From Lachnospiraceae bacterium (GTDB lineage: Bacteria; Bacillota; Clostridia; Lachnospirales; Lachnospiraceae), in the NCBI GenBank assembly GCA_900763175.1, contig CAAFJI010000200.1:1327-65326 (forward strand): 64,000 nucleotides of DNA, given 5' to 3'. Positions 18,901 to 29,640 of the stretch are shown piece after piece. Below the pieces are notes generated by a model. It was not told the DNA's origin. It was given only the letters and a program-made list of their open reading frames with translations, and did no database searches. Each line of letters opens with the position of its first letter. Within the stretch, counting starts at the first letter, position 1. A program made the position numbers and the translations under genes.

Positions 18901-20523
18901 TTAGCGAACAACTACTTTCTTTGAACCGCTCCATGCAGAATAATAGGTTTTACCACCTGCTGTTTTGTAGGAGCGCATCTGAACGGTATATCTCTTTCCT
19001 TTGTTAAGCTTTTTGATCACATATTTGACAGCTGCTTTTTTCTTTACTTTGATTGTTTTGGAAGAAGAGCCGGTTTTATATTTGATTTCATAGCCAGATA
19101 CTTTGGTGTTCTTTTTCCATTTTAAAGTGATGGTTTTGGATTTGCTGGAGCAGCTGGTGACGGCCGGCGTACTCAGACGAACAGTGCTCAGCGTGGAGCC
19201 ATTGCCTACAGAGCTTCCGTTGTAAGCTTTAACCACATAGGAATACGGTACTCCATTGGCAGCCTTTTTATCTGTGTAGGAAGCAGTGGTGCTCTTTTTG
19301 ATCGTAGCAATTTGCTTCCAGGAACCACTGCCAGCTTTACGGTAAACATAGTAACCCTTCGCATTGCCTACCTTGTTCCAGGCAACCTTAATTCCGCCTG
19401 AAGTATTTGTCAGGCTCTTCAGCTGGGTGTCGGCAAGTGTTACCGGAGTCGGAGCCTGGGGCTGATTTGTTACGATAGTAACGGATTCCAGCTCATCATT
19501 GAGCCATTTGTCGATACGGTTCCACTCTGTCTTCGAGCCGCCATAGTAGACAGTTTTCAGACTTACGCAGCCACTGAACGCACAATACCCAATTCCTTTT
19601 ACGCTCTTTGGTATGGTGATTGTTTCCAGGGAATAACAGTCATCAAAGAGGTTATCAGGTAGTTTAATAATACCAGAAGGAATTACAATATTTCTGACTG
19701 CAGTTTCGCAGAATGTAGCTTCTCCTAACAAACGGAGGTTGTTTGGAAGTACTATATTTTGTAGTGAAGAGCATCCCATGAAAGCGTAGTCTCTAATCTG
19801 TACAAGGCTGTTCGGGAAATTTATGGTAGTCAGGTTTGCATCATTTCTGAAAGCGTCTTCTCCAATTTGGGTAAGAGATTCAGGCAGGACAACAGTTGTC
19901 AGATTTGGGAAACGTTCAAAAGCTTGTTCACATATGGAAGTAATTCCATTTTCTAATACAACGCTTCTGATACTTTGACTATAGCGGTACCAGGGTATAT
20001 CCGGTGTATAGCGAACCTCCGGCATATTGCCGGCACCAGACAGCCTTAACTCTCCAGTTGCATTATTAAAGACCCATTTAATATTAGAACCAAAGGAACC
20101 GGAAACCGTATTTACATAGAAATGACAGGTGCTGCCCTCGCTGGTGGTAGTGTAATATTTAACGGTGTACTCACCAAGGTCATGCGGTGTAGTGTTATCG
20201 AAAACAGTCCAGTTCAAAACCGCGGATGTCATATCGGAAAGATAACCGTAGTTATGGGACTCTCTTCTTCCATCTGGTCCATAAACATCACAAAAGTATT
20301 GTGATAATCTATTGGATGTATTCGTGGTTCGATAACGTGTTACGGTAAACGGAATCTCGATGTGGTCATTGGCATCGAAAACACTGTTCGGAAATGACGG
20401 ATCTACCACAATGGTTCCACCGTAATAATAATAATAGGTGCTGGCACTTACTGACACCGCTGCTCCACATACAGCCAATAGGAACAGACAAGCGGTCAGA
20501 AGAATTTTAAATTTCTTTTTCAT
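18901..20523 (-). CDS. Secreted BspA-type leucine-rich-repeat protein with C-terminal fibronectin type III-like domains
   Basis: Signal peptide MKKKFKILL...AVSVSA, repeats LPESLTQIGEDAF / FPNSLVQIRDYAF, FN3-like W..V..A.GY.VYR and YSAWS tail. Start at ATG 20523. Confidence 0.88.
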   Translation of the reverse strand: MKKKFKILLTACLFLLAVCGAAVSVSASTYYYYYGGTIVVDPSFPNSVFDANDHIEIPFTVTRYRTTNTSNRLSQYFCDVYGPDGRRESHNYGYLSDMTSAVLNWTVFDNTTPHDLGEYTVKYYTTTSEGSTCHFYVNTVSGSFGSNIKWVFNNATGELRLSGAGNMPEVRYTPDIPWYRYSQSIRSVVLENGITSICEQAFERFPNLTTVVLPESLTQIGEDAFRNDANLTTINFPNSLVQIRDYAFMGCSSLQNIVLPNNLRLLGEATFCETAVRNIVIPSGIIKLPDNLFDDCYSLETITIPKSVKGIGYCAFSGCVSLKTVYYGGSKTEWNRIDKWLNDELESVTIVTNQPQAPTPVTLADTQLKSLTNTSGGIKVAWNKVGNAKGYYVYRKAGSGSWKQIATIKKSTTASYTDKKAANGVPYSYVVKAYNGSSVGNGSTLSTVRLSTPAVTSCSSKSKTITLKWKKNTKVSGYEIKYKTGSSSKTIKVKKKAAVKYVIKKLNKGKRYTVQMRSYKTAGGKTYYSAWSGSKKVVVR

Positions 20524-20841
20524 CTTTAACCTACATGGTAATCTTTTGATGACATCAGGGACAAAATACCTTTTGACCCTAACATCATCCTCTGAAAAGC
20601 ATAGCATGACTGGCAAGAGAAGTCAACGAACTGCATTCGGATTCACGACGTTTATTATACATATTGAATATTATTTATGCGTATAATTATCGGTTGACAC
20701 ACAAAGCTTAAGGGTGATAGAATAATCTTAAAATAAGAAAGTAAAGCGAAAATGTTACAAGAATTTGCGGAGGCAATAACTATATATGAACAGTTTTTGC
20801 ACAAATGATTTCGGGTAATATGTAATAAAGGAGATTTCCAT

Positions 20842-21828
20842 ATGGCGACACTTAAGGATGTAGCGAAGGCATCTGGACTTACGGTAGGAACCGTTTCCAG
20901 AGTCTTGAACAACAGAGGATATATTAGTGATAAGACCAGGGAAAAGGTATACCAGGTGATGAAGGAGCTGAATTATCAGCCTAATGAGATGGCACGCTCC
21001 CTGTCCAAGCAGAAGAGTAATACCATTGGCATCATCCTTCCGAATATTGAACATCCTTATTTTGCCAAGGTTTTAAGCCGTCTGGAGAGAGAAGCAGCTA
21101 AGCAGGATTACCGGATCATGCTCTTCGTCTCCCGTAACAAGGAAGAGCGGGAAGAGCAGTGTATTGAGATGTGCAAGAGCGGAAGGGTTGCCGGAGTTGT
21201 ACTCTGCAGCGGAAGCTTTGAGACGGAGAAGTTTGAGGGCCTTGATTTCCCGCTTATCACACTGGAGCGTTCCATGGACGAGGGGACTTCTGGAATTGAA
21301 TGTGATAACTACCAGGGAGGGGTTATGGCTACAGAGCTTCTCATCAGTAAGGGGTGCCGTAAACTGATGTATATAGGCGGGCTAAGTGCCGGAGTTGATA
21401 TTCCCATGCCGGCTGATTACAGAGAAGTCGCATTCCGTGATACCTGTGAGAAGATGCAAATAGATAATGTAGTAATGGTAACAGACAAACAGCTTTTTGA
21501 TTCTATGGAATATTATGGCTTTGTCCGTCAGAAGCTTATTGAGAATCCGGATGTGGACGGTGTTTTCGCCAGCTCCGATGTAATTGGCGCTTATGTCCTC
21601 CAGGCCTGCAGTAATCTGAAGATCAAAGTGCCGGAGCAGCTGAAAATCGTTGGCTTCGATGATGTGAATATTGCCCAGTTCACCAGCCCTGGCCTTACCA
21701 CCATCCATCAGCCTATAGAGCAGATGGCAGAGCTGGCGGTTTCCGCCATTGCCCAGATAGATGCAGGGAAAATGGTTCCCACTAAGACTGTATTTCCGGT
21801 AACATTGGTAGAACGGGGAACCACCTGA
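20842..21828 (+). CDS. LacI-family repressor (ScrR-like) of the downstream sucrose/fructan locus
   Basis: MATLKDVAKASGLTVGTVSRVLNNRGYIS; VPEQLKIVGFDD. Confidence 0.92.
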   Translation: MATLKDVAKASGLTVGTVSRVLNNRGYISDKTREKVYQVMKELNYQPNEMARSLSKQKSNTIGIILPNIEHPYFAKVLSRLEREAAKQDYRIMLFVSRNKEEREEQCIEMCKSGRVAGVVLCSGSFETEKFEGLDFPLITLERSMDEGTSGIECDNYQGGVMATELLISKGCRKLMYIGGLSAGVDIPMPADYREVAFRDTCEKMQIDNVVMVTDKQLFDSMEYYGFVRQKLIENPDVDGVFASSDVIGAYVLQACSNLKIKVPEQLKIVGFDDVNIAQFTSPGLTTIHQPIEQMAELAVSAIAQIDAGKMVPTKTVFPVTLVERGTT

Positions 21829-21850
21829 TTAAAAATAAAAATGTCCTATC

Positions 21851-21906
21851 AGACCACAGTGAACGATACATTCTAAAGGCAAAATAGTTCACTGTGGTCT
21901 TTTTTT
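21851..21906 (+). terminator. Rho-independent terminator after the LacI gene
   Basis: AGACCACAGTGAAC / GTTCACTGTGGTCT stem followed by a T-run. Confidence 0.75.
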
Positions 21907-22131
21907 CAAAATGTACCCGGCCAAAATAACAGAAAATCCTCATTTCCTGATACGATCACACCCTACGAAACAATATATCATGCGGTTGCGATAAAAATAT
22001 ATGGTTTTTTTTAAAAAAATTCAAAAATTCGATGTTTTAAATAAATACAAAAAAAATACATGTAAAACTGCACAAAAATGAAACGCATAATTAGTATAAT
22101 ACTAACGAAATGACGCTTAAACGCCTGAAAA

Positions 22132-22173
22132 ATATGACAACCGCTTGACATATTATGATCATAATGCTATCAT
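22132..22173 (+). promoter_or_regulatory. Sigma-A promoter with an overlapping LacI-type operator
   Basis: TTGACA (22145-22150), 17 bp, TG-c-TATCAT. Imperfect palindrome ATATGACAACCGCTTGACATAT with central CG covers the -35. Confidence 0.65.
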
Positions 22174-22228
22174 ACAACCATCAAGAAAACGTCCAAGGTG
22201 AACGTAAAAAATAGGAGGAAAAAAGAAA

Positions 22229-23491
22229 ATGAAAAAACGTGTTTCAATGGCAATCGCAGTAGCAACTGCAGCAGCAACAATGGCAAGTGTGTGCGTACCA
22301 GTTATGGCAGATGATGTGAACATCACAATCTTTAACTCCAAGATGGAAGTACAGAGCCAGTTTGAAGAGAAGGCAGCTGAGTACGCAGAGGAGACAGGCG
22401 TTGGCGTAGAGGTTTACTACTCCAGTGATACAGTAGCAGCTCATCTGGCTACCAGATATTCTGCAGACGATCCATACACACTGGCTATGGTAGATCCAAA
22501 AGATATCTACTCTCTTGCTAAGGATCATGCCATCGACCTTAGCGATCAGAGCTGGGTTGATGAGACAAATTACGCAATCGGAGTTGACGGACAGATCAAT
22601 GGTTTCCCAACCTGCATAGAGGCTCGTGGACTTATCTACAATGCAGATGCAATCGAAGCAATTACAGGAGAAACCTTTAACCCAGACGATTACAAGACAC
22701 TGGATTCCTTCAAAGAACTCCTTCAGACACTGAAGGATGGCGGTATGGAGACACCAACCGGAATCATGAAAGAGGACTGGTCCCTTGCAGCTCACTTCCT
22801 TGCAGAAGTATATGAGGAGCAGCCAGATGTGGAAGCATTTATCACATCCCTTCACGAAGGATCAGCAGATCTTGCAAACAACGAGAAATTCAATTCTCTT
22901 ATGGACTTCTTCGATGTAATGATGGAGAACAACTACGCAAAGGATTCTGCAATCGCAGCAGAACGTGAGACAACAGAGATGATGCTTGCTGAAGGACAGA
23001 TCGCATTCATGTTCGGAGGAAGCTGGGACTGGTCAGTAATCAGTGCTTATGATTACACAGAGAACATGGGAATGATGCCTGTTCCGCAGAACACAGACGA
23101 CGGCTCCAACGAGAAGCTTGTTGGAGGAGCTTCCAAGTTCCTCATGATCGATTCCTCCGATGCAACATCTGATGAACAGCGTCAGGCAGCAAAAGACTTC
23201 CTTACATGGCTTGCAGATTCCGACGAAGGACAGACATTCATCACAGAGACTTGTGCACTTGTTCCTGCATTCTCCAATAATGACAAAGAAGTTTCTGATC
23301 CACTTGGAAAATCTGTTAAGAAATATGCAGATGACAATGCTCTGATTGACAACTACAACTACCTTCCAGATGATCACATCTCCATGTGCGGTGCAATCTT
23401 CCAGAAATATCTTGCAGAGCAGATCGACAGAGCAGAGTTCGCAGCAGAGATCGAGGACTACTGGCAGAATACAACACCTGTAGAACACTAA
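22229..23491 (+). CDS. Carbohydrate ABC transporter substrate-binding protein
   Basis: Signal peptide, acidic SBP_bac_1-like sequence (GLIYN, AFMFGGSWDW); first gene of the ABC operon. Confidence 0.9.
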   Translation: MKKRVSMAIAVATAAATMASVCVPVMADDVNITIFNSKMEVQSQFEEKAAEYAEETGVGVEVYYSSDTVAAHLATRYSADDPYTLAMVDPKDIYSLAKDHAIDLSDQSWVDETNYAIGVDGQINGFPTCIEARGLIYNADAIEAITGETFNPDDYKTLDSFKELLQTLKDGGMETPTGIMKEDWSLAAHFLAEVYEEQPDVEAFITSLHEGSADLANNEKFNSLMDFFDVMMENNYAKDSAIAAERETTEMMLAEGQIAFMFGGSWDWSVISAYDYTENMGMMPVPQNTDDGSNEKLVGGASKFLMIDSSDATSDEQRQAAKDFLTWLADSDEGQTFITETCALVPAFSNNDKEVSDPLGKSVKKYADDNALIDNYNYLPDDHISMCGAIFQKYLAEQIDRAEFAAEIEDYWQNTTPVEH

Positions 23492-23646
23492 TTAATAATT
23501 GATAAAGGCTTTTGCCACCCCCCACAAGAGGCTGCACGCCAACATCATGCGGCGTGCGGTCTCTTTCCCTTAAAATCAGATCAGTGCCAATGGCATAAAA
23601 GTGAAGGGGAAATCGGTGGGGAATAATAAGAAAGGGAAAGGGGAAC

Positions 23647-24534
23647 GTGATTATGGACAGAAACTCGATGAAATATAAAGTAAAACAGTACTTGATGTTC
23701 GCCGGTGTTTCCACTGTTCTGTTTTGTGCAGTTGTAATAGTACCGTTTATTTACGGTTTATATCTCACCTTTACAAGCTGGGACGGTGTTTCAAAAGAGA
23801 AGCCTTTCGTAGGCTTTGCAAACTACATCTCAACATTCCAGGATTCAGCATACTGGCAGGCACTTGGCCGCACATTAATCTATTCTGTAATAGCGGTTAT
23901 CCTGGTTAACATTGTGGCATTTTTCCTTGCATACCTTCTTACCAGCGGTATCAAGGGACAGAACTTCTTCCGTGCAGGCTTCTTCATCCCGAACCTGATC
24001 GGTGGTATCGTACTTGGTTATGTGTGGAAATTCGTATTTAACCGTGCATTCGTAGCACTTGGAAAATCTCTTTCCGTAGGCTTTCTTTCCACCTCCTGGC
24101 TGGCAACCACCAACGGCGCCATGGCCTGTCTGATCATTGTTTCTGTATGGCAGTATGCGGGATATATGATGCTGATCTATGTAGCCGGATTCATGAGCGT
24201 ATCCAAGAGCCTTATGGAAGCCGCTCAAATTGATGGATGTACCAAAACACAGGCAACCTTAAACGTAACCATCCCACTTATGAGATCATCCTTTGTACAG
24301 TGTCTGTTCTTAACAATCACCAGATGCTTCATGGTATACGATGTAAACCTTTCCCTGACAAAAGGTGAGCCATTCAACTCTTCTGTAATGGCAGCTATGC
24401 ACGTATACAACCAGGCATTCTCTTATAAGAACTACGGTGTTGGACAGGCAGAGGCATTAGTTCTGTTTATTGTCTGCGCTGTTGTAGGTGTTTCTCAGGT
24501 TTATATTGGTAAGAAAGGAGAGGTGGCAGCATAA
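23647..24534 (+). CDS. Carbohydrate ABC transporter permease
   Basis: FVGFANY and EAAQIDG (EAA loop). GTG start; an alternative ATG is at 23653. Confidence 0.92.
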   Translation: MIMDRNSMKYKVKQYLMFAGVSTVLFCAVVIVPFIYGLYLTFTSWDGVSKEKPFVGFANYISTFQDSAYWQALGRTLIYSVIAVILVNIVAFFLAYLLTSGIKGQNFFRAGFFIPNLIGGIVLGYVWKFVFNRAFVALGKSLSVGFLSTSWLATTNGAMACLIIVSVWQYAGYMMLIYVAGFMSVSKSLMEAAQIDGCTKTQATLNVTIPLMRSSFVQCLFLTITRCFMVYDVNLSLTKGEPFNSSVMAAMHVYNQAFSYKNYGVGQAEALVLFIVCAVVGVSQVYIGKKGEVAA

Positions 24535-25394
24535 TGGACGAAAATAAAAAAGCAGCTCAGAAAAAGAAAGTAAGCCATTTTATAACGATGTTAGTGCTGG
24601 TTATCCTTTTCCTGGCATTTATCTTCCCGTTTATCATGGTTATTCTCAATGCCTTTAAAACAAAAGGCGATATCACAGCAGACCCGCTGGCATTTGTTGG
24701 TTCCCACGGATTTATCCTTACAAACTTTACAGATGCCATGAAGAAGATGAACTTTACCACCTCCTTCACGAACTCTCTGCTAATTACAACTGTTTCAACG
24801 ATCGGTACGATCCTTCTTTCTGCAATGACTGCATTTGTGATCGTCCGTAACAAGTGGAAAGCCTGCGGCCTTCTTTTCTCCGCAATGATCGCTTCCATGG
24901 TTATTCCTTTCCAGGTACTTATGATTCCGCTGGTATCCCTCTATGGTGGTATCTTCGGTGTTCTGAACAGCCGCATCACATTGATTTTTATGCACATTGG
25001 ATTTTCCCTTTCCATGGCAACCTTCATGTTCCATGGCGCAATCCATACCAGCATCCCTATGGAGCTGGAAGAAGCAGCATTTATCGATGGCTGTACCAGA
25101 TGGCAGACCTACTGGAAAATCGTATTTCCGCTTTTGAAACCAACAATTGCAACTGTAGCGATCATTGACGCAATGGCATTCTGGAACGATTACCTCCTTC
25201 CGAGTCTTGTTCTGGGACGTAAAGAGTTATATACTCTTCCGATTGCTACACAGGCATTCTATGGTACATATTCAACAGATCTTGGATTGGTAATGGCAGC
25301 CCTCCTTCTGGCGATGCTTCCGATCCTGGTATTATATCTGTTCCTGCAGCGTTACATTGTTGAAGGCGTTACATCCGGAGCAGTGAAAGGTTAA
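24534..25394 (+). CDS. Carbohydrate ABC transporter permease
   Basis: LEEAAFIDG, WNDYLLP, GAVKG C-terminus. Confidence 0.92.
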   Translation: MDENKKAAQKKKVSHFITMLVLVILFLAFIFPFIMVILNAFKTKGDITADPLAFVGSHGFILTNFTDAMKKMNFTTSFTNSLLITTVSTIGTILLSAMTAFVIVRNKWKACGLLFSAMIASMVIPFQVLMIPLVSLYGGIFGVLNSRITLIFMHIGFSLSMATFMFHGAIHTSIPMELEEAAFIDGCTRWQTYWKIVFPLLKPTIATVAIIDAMAFWNDYLLPSLVLGRKELYTLPIATQAFYGTYSTDLGLVMAALLLAMLPILVLYLFLQRYIVEGVTSGAVKG

Positions 25395-25469
25395 AAAGCT
25401 GCATGGGGTCCAATATATTACATTTTGGGCCCCATGATTACTATATGAAGAAAATGAGGAGATAGAAGT

Positions 25470-26963
25470 ATGACAAGTCAGACATTACGAGATGCCAGGA
25501 GATATGAAGATGCAATGGCACAGAACATCACAGCAGAAGAAAGACCGGAATTTCATTTATCTCCGAAAGTTGGCTGGATGAATGACCCAAACGGATTTTC
25601 TTATTATAATGGTAAATTTCATCTGTTTTATCAGTATTATCCATATGATTCTCAGTGGGGTCCCATGCACTGGGGACACGCAGTGAGTGATGATCTTCTT
25701 CACTGGGAATACCTTCCGGCAGCCCTTGCACCGGATATGCCCTATGATTACGTAGGGTGCTTTTCAGGAAGCGCAGTTGCCCTTCCTGATGGAAAACAGC
25801 TGTTCATGTATACCGGTGTGAGAAAAGAGGCCCAGCCAGGTGGCGGGGTCCGTGATATTCAGACACAGTGCCTTGCAGTCGGGGATGGCCTGGATTATGA
25901 AAAAGATCCCAGAAATCCCATTCTTACCGTGGAGGATATGCCGGAAAACAGCAGTCCCTTTGATTTCCGTGACCCCAAGATGTGGGTATGTGAAGATGGA
26001 ACCTATCGCTGCGTAATCGTAAACGACAGAAAAGATGGAACAGGCGGACGGATTCTTCTGTACAAGAGTGCAGACGGCTATAATTGGGAATTTGAATCCA
26101 TTATGCTTTCTAATAACGGCAATTTTGGAAAAATGTGGGAGTGCCCGGATTTCTTTACTCTGGATGGAAAAGATGTGGTGCTGGTAAGTCCTCAGGATAT
26201 GCTTCCCAGGGACTTTGAGTATCATAATGGTGACGGAACTCTTTGTCTCATTGGAAAATTTGACGAGGAAACCAAGACCTTCCTTCCGGAAAAAGACCAG
26301 GCAGTGGACTATGGGATTGATTTTTATGCAATGCAGACAGTAGAAGCACCAGACGGAAGAAGAATTATGATCGGCTGGATGCAGAACTGGGATACGTGCA
26401 GCAACAACCGAATTCCCAAGGGAAAATGGTTTGGCCAGATGAGTGTTCCAAGAGAACTGTCAATAAAGAATGACCGTCTGATCCAGAAGCCGATTCGAGA
26501 ACTGGAGAACCTTCGTACAGACAAGGTGGAATATAAGAATGTAGTTTTTGAAGATGTGATCCGTCTGGATGGTGTGAAAGGAAGATGCGTGGACATGGAA
26601 ATCACCCTCTGCCCAGGAGATGGAGGGGATATTTATAAAAAATTTGCAGTTCGTTTTGCACAGAATGACACCTGCCATACTGCTGTAAGCTTCCGCCCAT
26701 ACGAGTCTGTCCTGAAGATTGACCGTAAATTCTCTGGCTCCAGAAGAGCAATCATCCATCAAAGAAGAAGCCTTGTAAACAGCAACAACGGGGAGCTGAA
26801 GCTGCGTCTGATCCTGGACCGCTACAGTGCGGAGATTTTTGTAAATGACGGTGAGCATGTACTTACCGCAACTCTTTACACAGATCTGGAGGCAGATGGA
26901 ATTTCCTTCTTCTCAGACGGAAAAGTGGAGATGGATGTTACAAGATATGAACTGAAGCTTTGA
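25470..26963 (+). CDS. GH32 beta-fructofuranosidase / sucrose hydrolase
   Basis: WMNDPNG, WGHA, FSGSA, FRDP and WECPD catalytic motifs. Confidence 0.95.
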   Translation: MTSQTLRDARRYEDAMAQNITAEERPEFHLSPKVGWMNDPNGFSYYNGKFHLFYQYYPYDSQWGPMHWGHAVSDDLLHWEYLPAALAPDMPYDYVGCFSGSAVALPDGKQLFMYTGVRKEAQPGGGVRDIQTQCLAVGDGLDYEKDPRNPILTVEDMPENSSPFDFRDPKMWVCEDGTYRCVIVNDRKDGTGGRILLYKSADGYNWEFESIMLSNNGNFGKMWECPDFFTLDGKDVVLVSPQDMLPRDFEYHNGDGTLCLIGKFDEETKTFLPEKDQAVDYGIDFYAMQTVEAPDGRRIMIGWMQNWDTCSNNRIPKGKWFGQMSVPRELSIKNDRLIQKPIRELENLRTDKVEYKNVVFEDVIRLDGVKGRCVDMEITLCPGDGGDIYKKFAVRFAQNDTCHTAVSFRPYESVLKIDRKFSGSRRAIIHQRRSLVNSNNGELKLRLILDRYSAEIFVNDGEHVLTATLYTDLEADGISFFSDGKVEMDVTRYELKL

Positions 26964-27065
26964 AATGAAATCAGAGAAAGATATGCAGACAGATGTGCTG
27001 CGTCCTTATGAGACAAGGATCTGCCGGGGAAAATGATTTCCTGGTGGATGTGAGGAGGAAGAAAA

Positions 27066-28916
27066 GTGAGTCAAAGGGAGAGTAAGAAAATATATGCAGA
27101 GCGTTTCGCAAAAAAAGTAGACGAGCTGCGCTGGCTTTACATGGAATTATATGGAAATGATGCCATGTTTGCTGAACTGTGTGAACAGCTGTGGTCATTT
27201 TATGATCAGCGTAAGGAAGATCTGAAGAAGCTTGACCTGAAACGTGAGGCTGATCCAGATTGGTACAAAAAGAACGATATGCTTGGCATGATGTTTTACA
27301 TTGACAATTTTGCCGGCAATATGAAGGGTGTGGAGAGCAGGCTTTCCTATCTGGAGAAAAATAATGTAAACTATATTCATCTTATGCCGTTTTTGGATAC
27401 TCCAAAAGGACGCTCAGACGGTGGCTATGCAGTAGCGGATTTTCGGAAGGTCCAGGAAAATCTGGGAACTATGGAGGATCTGGAAGAACTTACAGGAGCC
27501 TGCCATGAAAAAGGAATCAGCGTATGCATGGATTTTGTTATGAACCATACTTCTGAGGACCATGAGTGGGCCAGAAAGGCACGACAGGGTGACGGAGAAT
27601 ATATGAGCAGATATTTCTTCTTCGATAATCCGTATATTCCCTCACTTTATGAGAAAACAGTGCCTCAGGTTTTTCCGACAACAGCACCTGGCAATTTTAC
27701 CTGGCTGCCGGAAATCGGACACTATGTAATGACAACCTTTTACCCGTATCAGTGGGACCTGAATTACAGAAACCCAAGGGTATTTAATGAGATGATGTAC
27801 AATTTCTTGTTTCTGGCAAACAAGGGAATCGACATCATCCGTATTGATGCTGTTCCTTACATCTGGAAGGAGCTGAACACCTCCTGCCGAAACCTTCCCC
27901 AGGTGCATACCATTGTCAGGATGATGCGTCTTATCAGCGAGATCGTGTGTCCGGGAATCCTTCTCCTTGGAGAGGTTGTTATGGAGCCGGAAAAGGTGGT
28001 TCCTTATTTCGGAACGGTGGAGAAACCAGAGTGCCATATGCTTTACAATGTTACCACAATGGCTACCACCTGGCATACAGTTGCCACAAGGGATGTACGT
28101 CTTCTGAAGAAACAGCTGGATATTGTAAATGGACTTCCGAAGGATTACGTTTTCCTCAATTATCTGCGCTGTCATGATGACATTGGCTGGGGGCTGGATT
28201 ATGCAACTCTTCGTGAGGAAGGAATCGAGGAACGCCCTCATAAGAAATACCTGAATGATTATTTCCAGGGCTATGCAGGAGAGAGCAACAGCCGAGGTGT
28301 TCTTTACAATGAGGATCCGGTTACAGGAGATGCACGATTCTGCGGAACAACTGCTTCTATGTGTGGTGTGGAGAAGGCTGGATTCGAGCATGATAAAGAG
28401 GCTATGAAAAAGGCAATCCAGATGGATGTGATGCTTCATGCCTATATGTTTATGCAGTCTGGAATCCCGGTTCTTTACAGCGGGGATGAGATTGGTCAGG
28501 TGAACGATTATTCTTACAAGAATGACCCGGATAAAGCACCAGATTCCCGTTACATCCACAGAGGCGTTATGCATTGGGATCTGGCAGCGAAAATTGACAA
28601 TCCAAGAACTGTAGAGGGTAAAATCTTCAAACAGCTGGATAAGCTGGAGAAGATCCGTAAATCTGAAAAAGCGTTTATGAGCAATGCAGATACCTGGACT
28701 GTGGAAACATGGGATAAGAGTGTGCTTTGCATTGGCCGTTATTATGGTGGCGAGAAGATTTATGGATTGTTTAACTTTAGTGAATTTGATAAAACTGCAT
28801 GGATCAATGAGCGAGACGGAATGTACCGTGATCTGATCTCCGGACAGCAGATGGAAGCAGCAGGTGTAAATATTCCGGCATATGGCTTCTATTGGCTGAA
28901 GAAAATGACACACTGA
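27066..28916 (+). CDS. Amylosucrase-like GH13 (subfamily 4) enzyme
   Basis: YIHLMP, SDGGYAVADF, DFVMNHTS, FPTTAPGNF, RIDAVPYIWK, YLRCHDDIGW. GTG start after GAGGAGG. Confidence 0.88.
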   Translation: MSQRESKKIYAERFAKKVDELRWLYMELYGNDAMFAELCEQLWSFYDQRKEDLKKLDLKREADPDWYKKNDMLGMMFYIDNFAGNMKGVESRLSYLEKNNVNYIHLMPFLDTPKGRSDGGYAVADFRKVQENLGTMEDLEELTGACHEKGISVCMDFVMNHTSEDHEWARKARQGDGEYMSRYFFFDNPYIPSLYEKTVPQVFPTTAPGNFTWLPEIGHYVMTTFYPYQWDLNYRNPRVFNEMMYNFLFLANKGIDIIRIDAVPYIWKELNTSCRNLPQVHTIVRMMRLISEIVCPGILLLGEVVMEPEKVVPYFGTVEKPECHMLYNVTTMATTWHTVATRDVRLLKKQLDIVNGLPKDYVFLNYLRCHDDIGWGLDYATLREEGIEERPHKKYLNDYFQGYAGESNSRGVLYNEDPVTGDARFCGTTASMCGVEKAGFEHDKEAMKKAIQMDVMLHAYMFMQSGIPVLYSGDEIGQVNDYSYKNDPDKAPDSRYIHRGVMHWDLAAKIDNPRTVEGKIFKQLDKLEKIRKSEKAFMSNADTWTVETWDKSVLCIGRYYGGEKIYGLFNFSEFDKTAWINERDGMYRDLISGQQMEAAGVNIPAYGFYWLKKMTH

Positions 28917-28944
28917 GAAAGAGGTAGCCATAAGTAAAATTTGA

Positions 28945-29007
28945 GAAAAAGCAAGACTTTGGATGAAGAGAAATCCCCCTTTTCAAAATCCAAGGCCTTG
29001 CTTTTTC
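28945..29007. terminator. Bidirectional terminator between the convergent amylosucrase and GNAT genes
   Basis: GAAAAAGCAAGACTTTGGAT...ATCCAAGGCCTTGCTTTTTC. Confidence 0.65.
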
Positions 29008-29009
29008 CA

Positions 29010-29591
29010 TTATTTTAAAGAAATTTCAGGAAAAGGAATTACCGGCGGCTGGTTTTCCAGGTGTTTACCAATGAGCTTTTCCATCCAGACCATATTGTAC
29101 CAGCGGTTGAATTTGTAACCGCACTGATGGAATTCTCCAATCATGGAGTATCCCAGGTGTGCATGGAACTGAATACTGTTCCGGGTAAGATATTCGTCGT
29201 CAATCTCAGGGCAGGCAATACAGGCATTCAGGTTGGTGATATTCTGGGCTGCCAGTGTTTTTTCAAGAGCGGTATAAAGAGCTTTGCCGATGCCGGATTT
29301 TTTCTCATTTTCTTTTACATAGATGGAAGTTTCCACAGCCCAGTCATAGGCGGCTCTTGAGTGGAAAGGCCCGGCATAGGCATATCCTGCAATTTCCCCG
29401 TCTCTTACTGCAGCCAGATAGGGATAGCGTTCCAGTGTGCTGACGATTCGCTCACGAAATTCTTCCAGAGATGGAACATCGTATTCAAAGGTGATAGCAG
29501 TGTGCTCTACGTAAGGTGCGTAGATGGAAAGAAGAGCAGCGGCGTCCTCCGGACGGGCGGTGCGGATGGTAATCTCGGTACTGGTTGACAT
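29010..29591 (-). CDS. GNAT N-acetyltransferase (phosphinothricin acetyltransferase-like)
   Basis: IYAPYVEHTAITFE, GYAYA, AYDWAVETSIYV, GYKFNRWYN. Start at ATG 29591 after GAGGAG; the longer ORF start lies inside the repeat. Confidence 0.9.
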   Translation of the reverse strand: MSTSTEITIRTARPEDAAALLSIYAPYVEHTAITFEYDVPSLEEFRERIVSTLERYPYLAAVRDGEIAGYAYAGPFHSRAAYDWAVETSIYVKENEKKSGIGKALYTALEKTLAAQNITNLNACIACPEIDDEYLTRNSIQFHAHLGYSMIGEFHQCGYKFNRWYNMVWMEKLIGKHLENQPPVIPFPEISLK

Positions 29592-29640
29592 GATAATTTC
29601 TCCTCGTAGTTGCGGGAAATGATTTTTTAAATAGTCTTTA

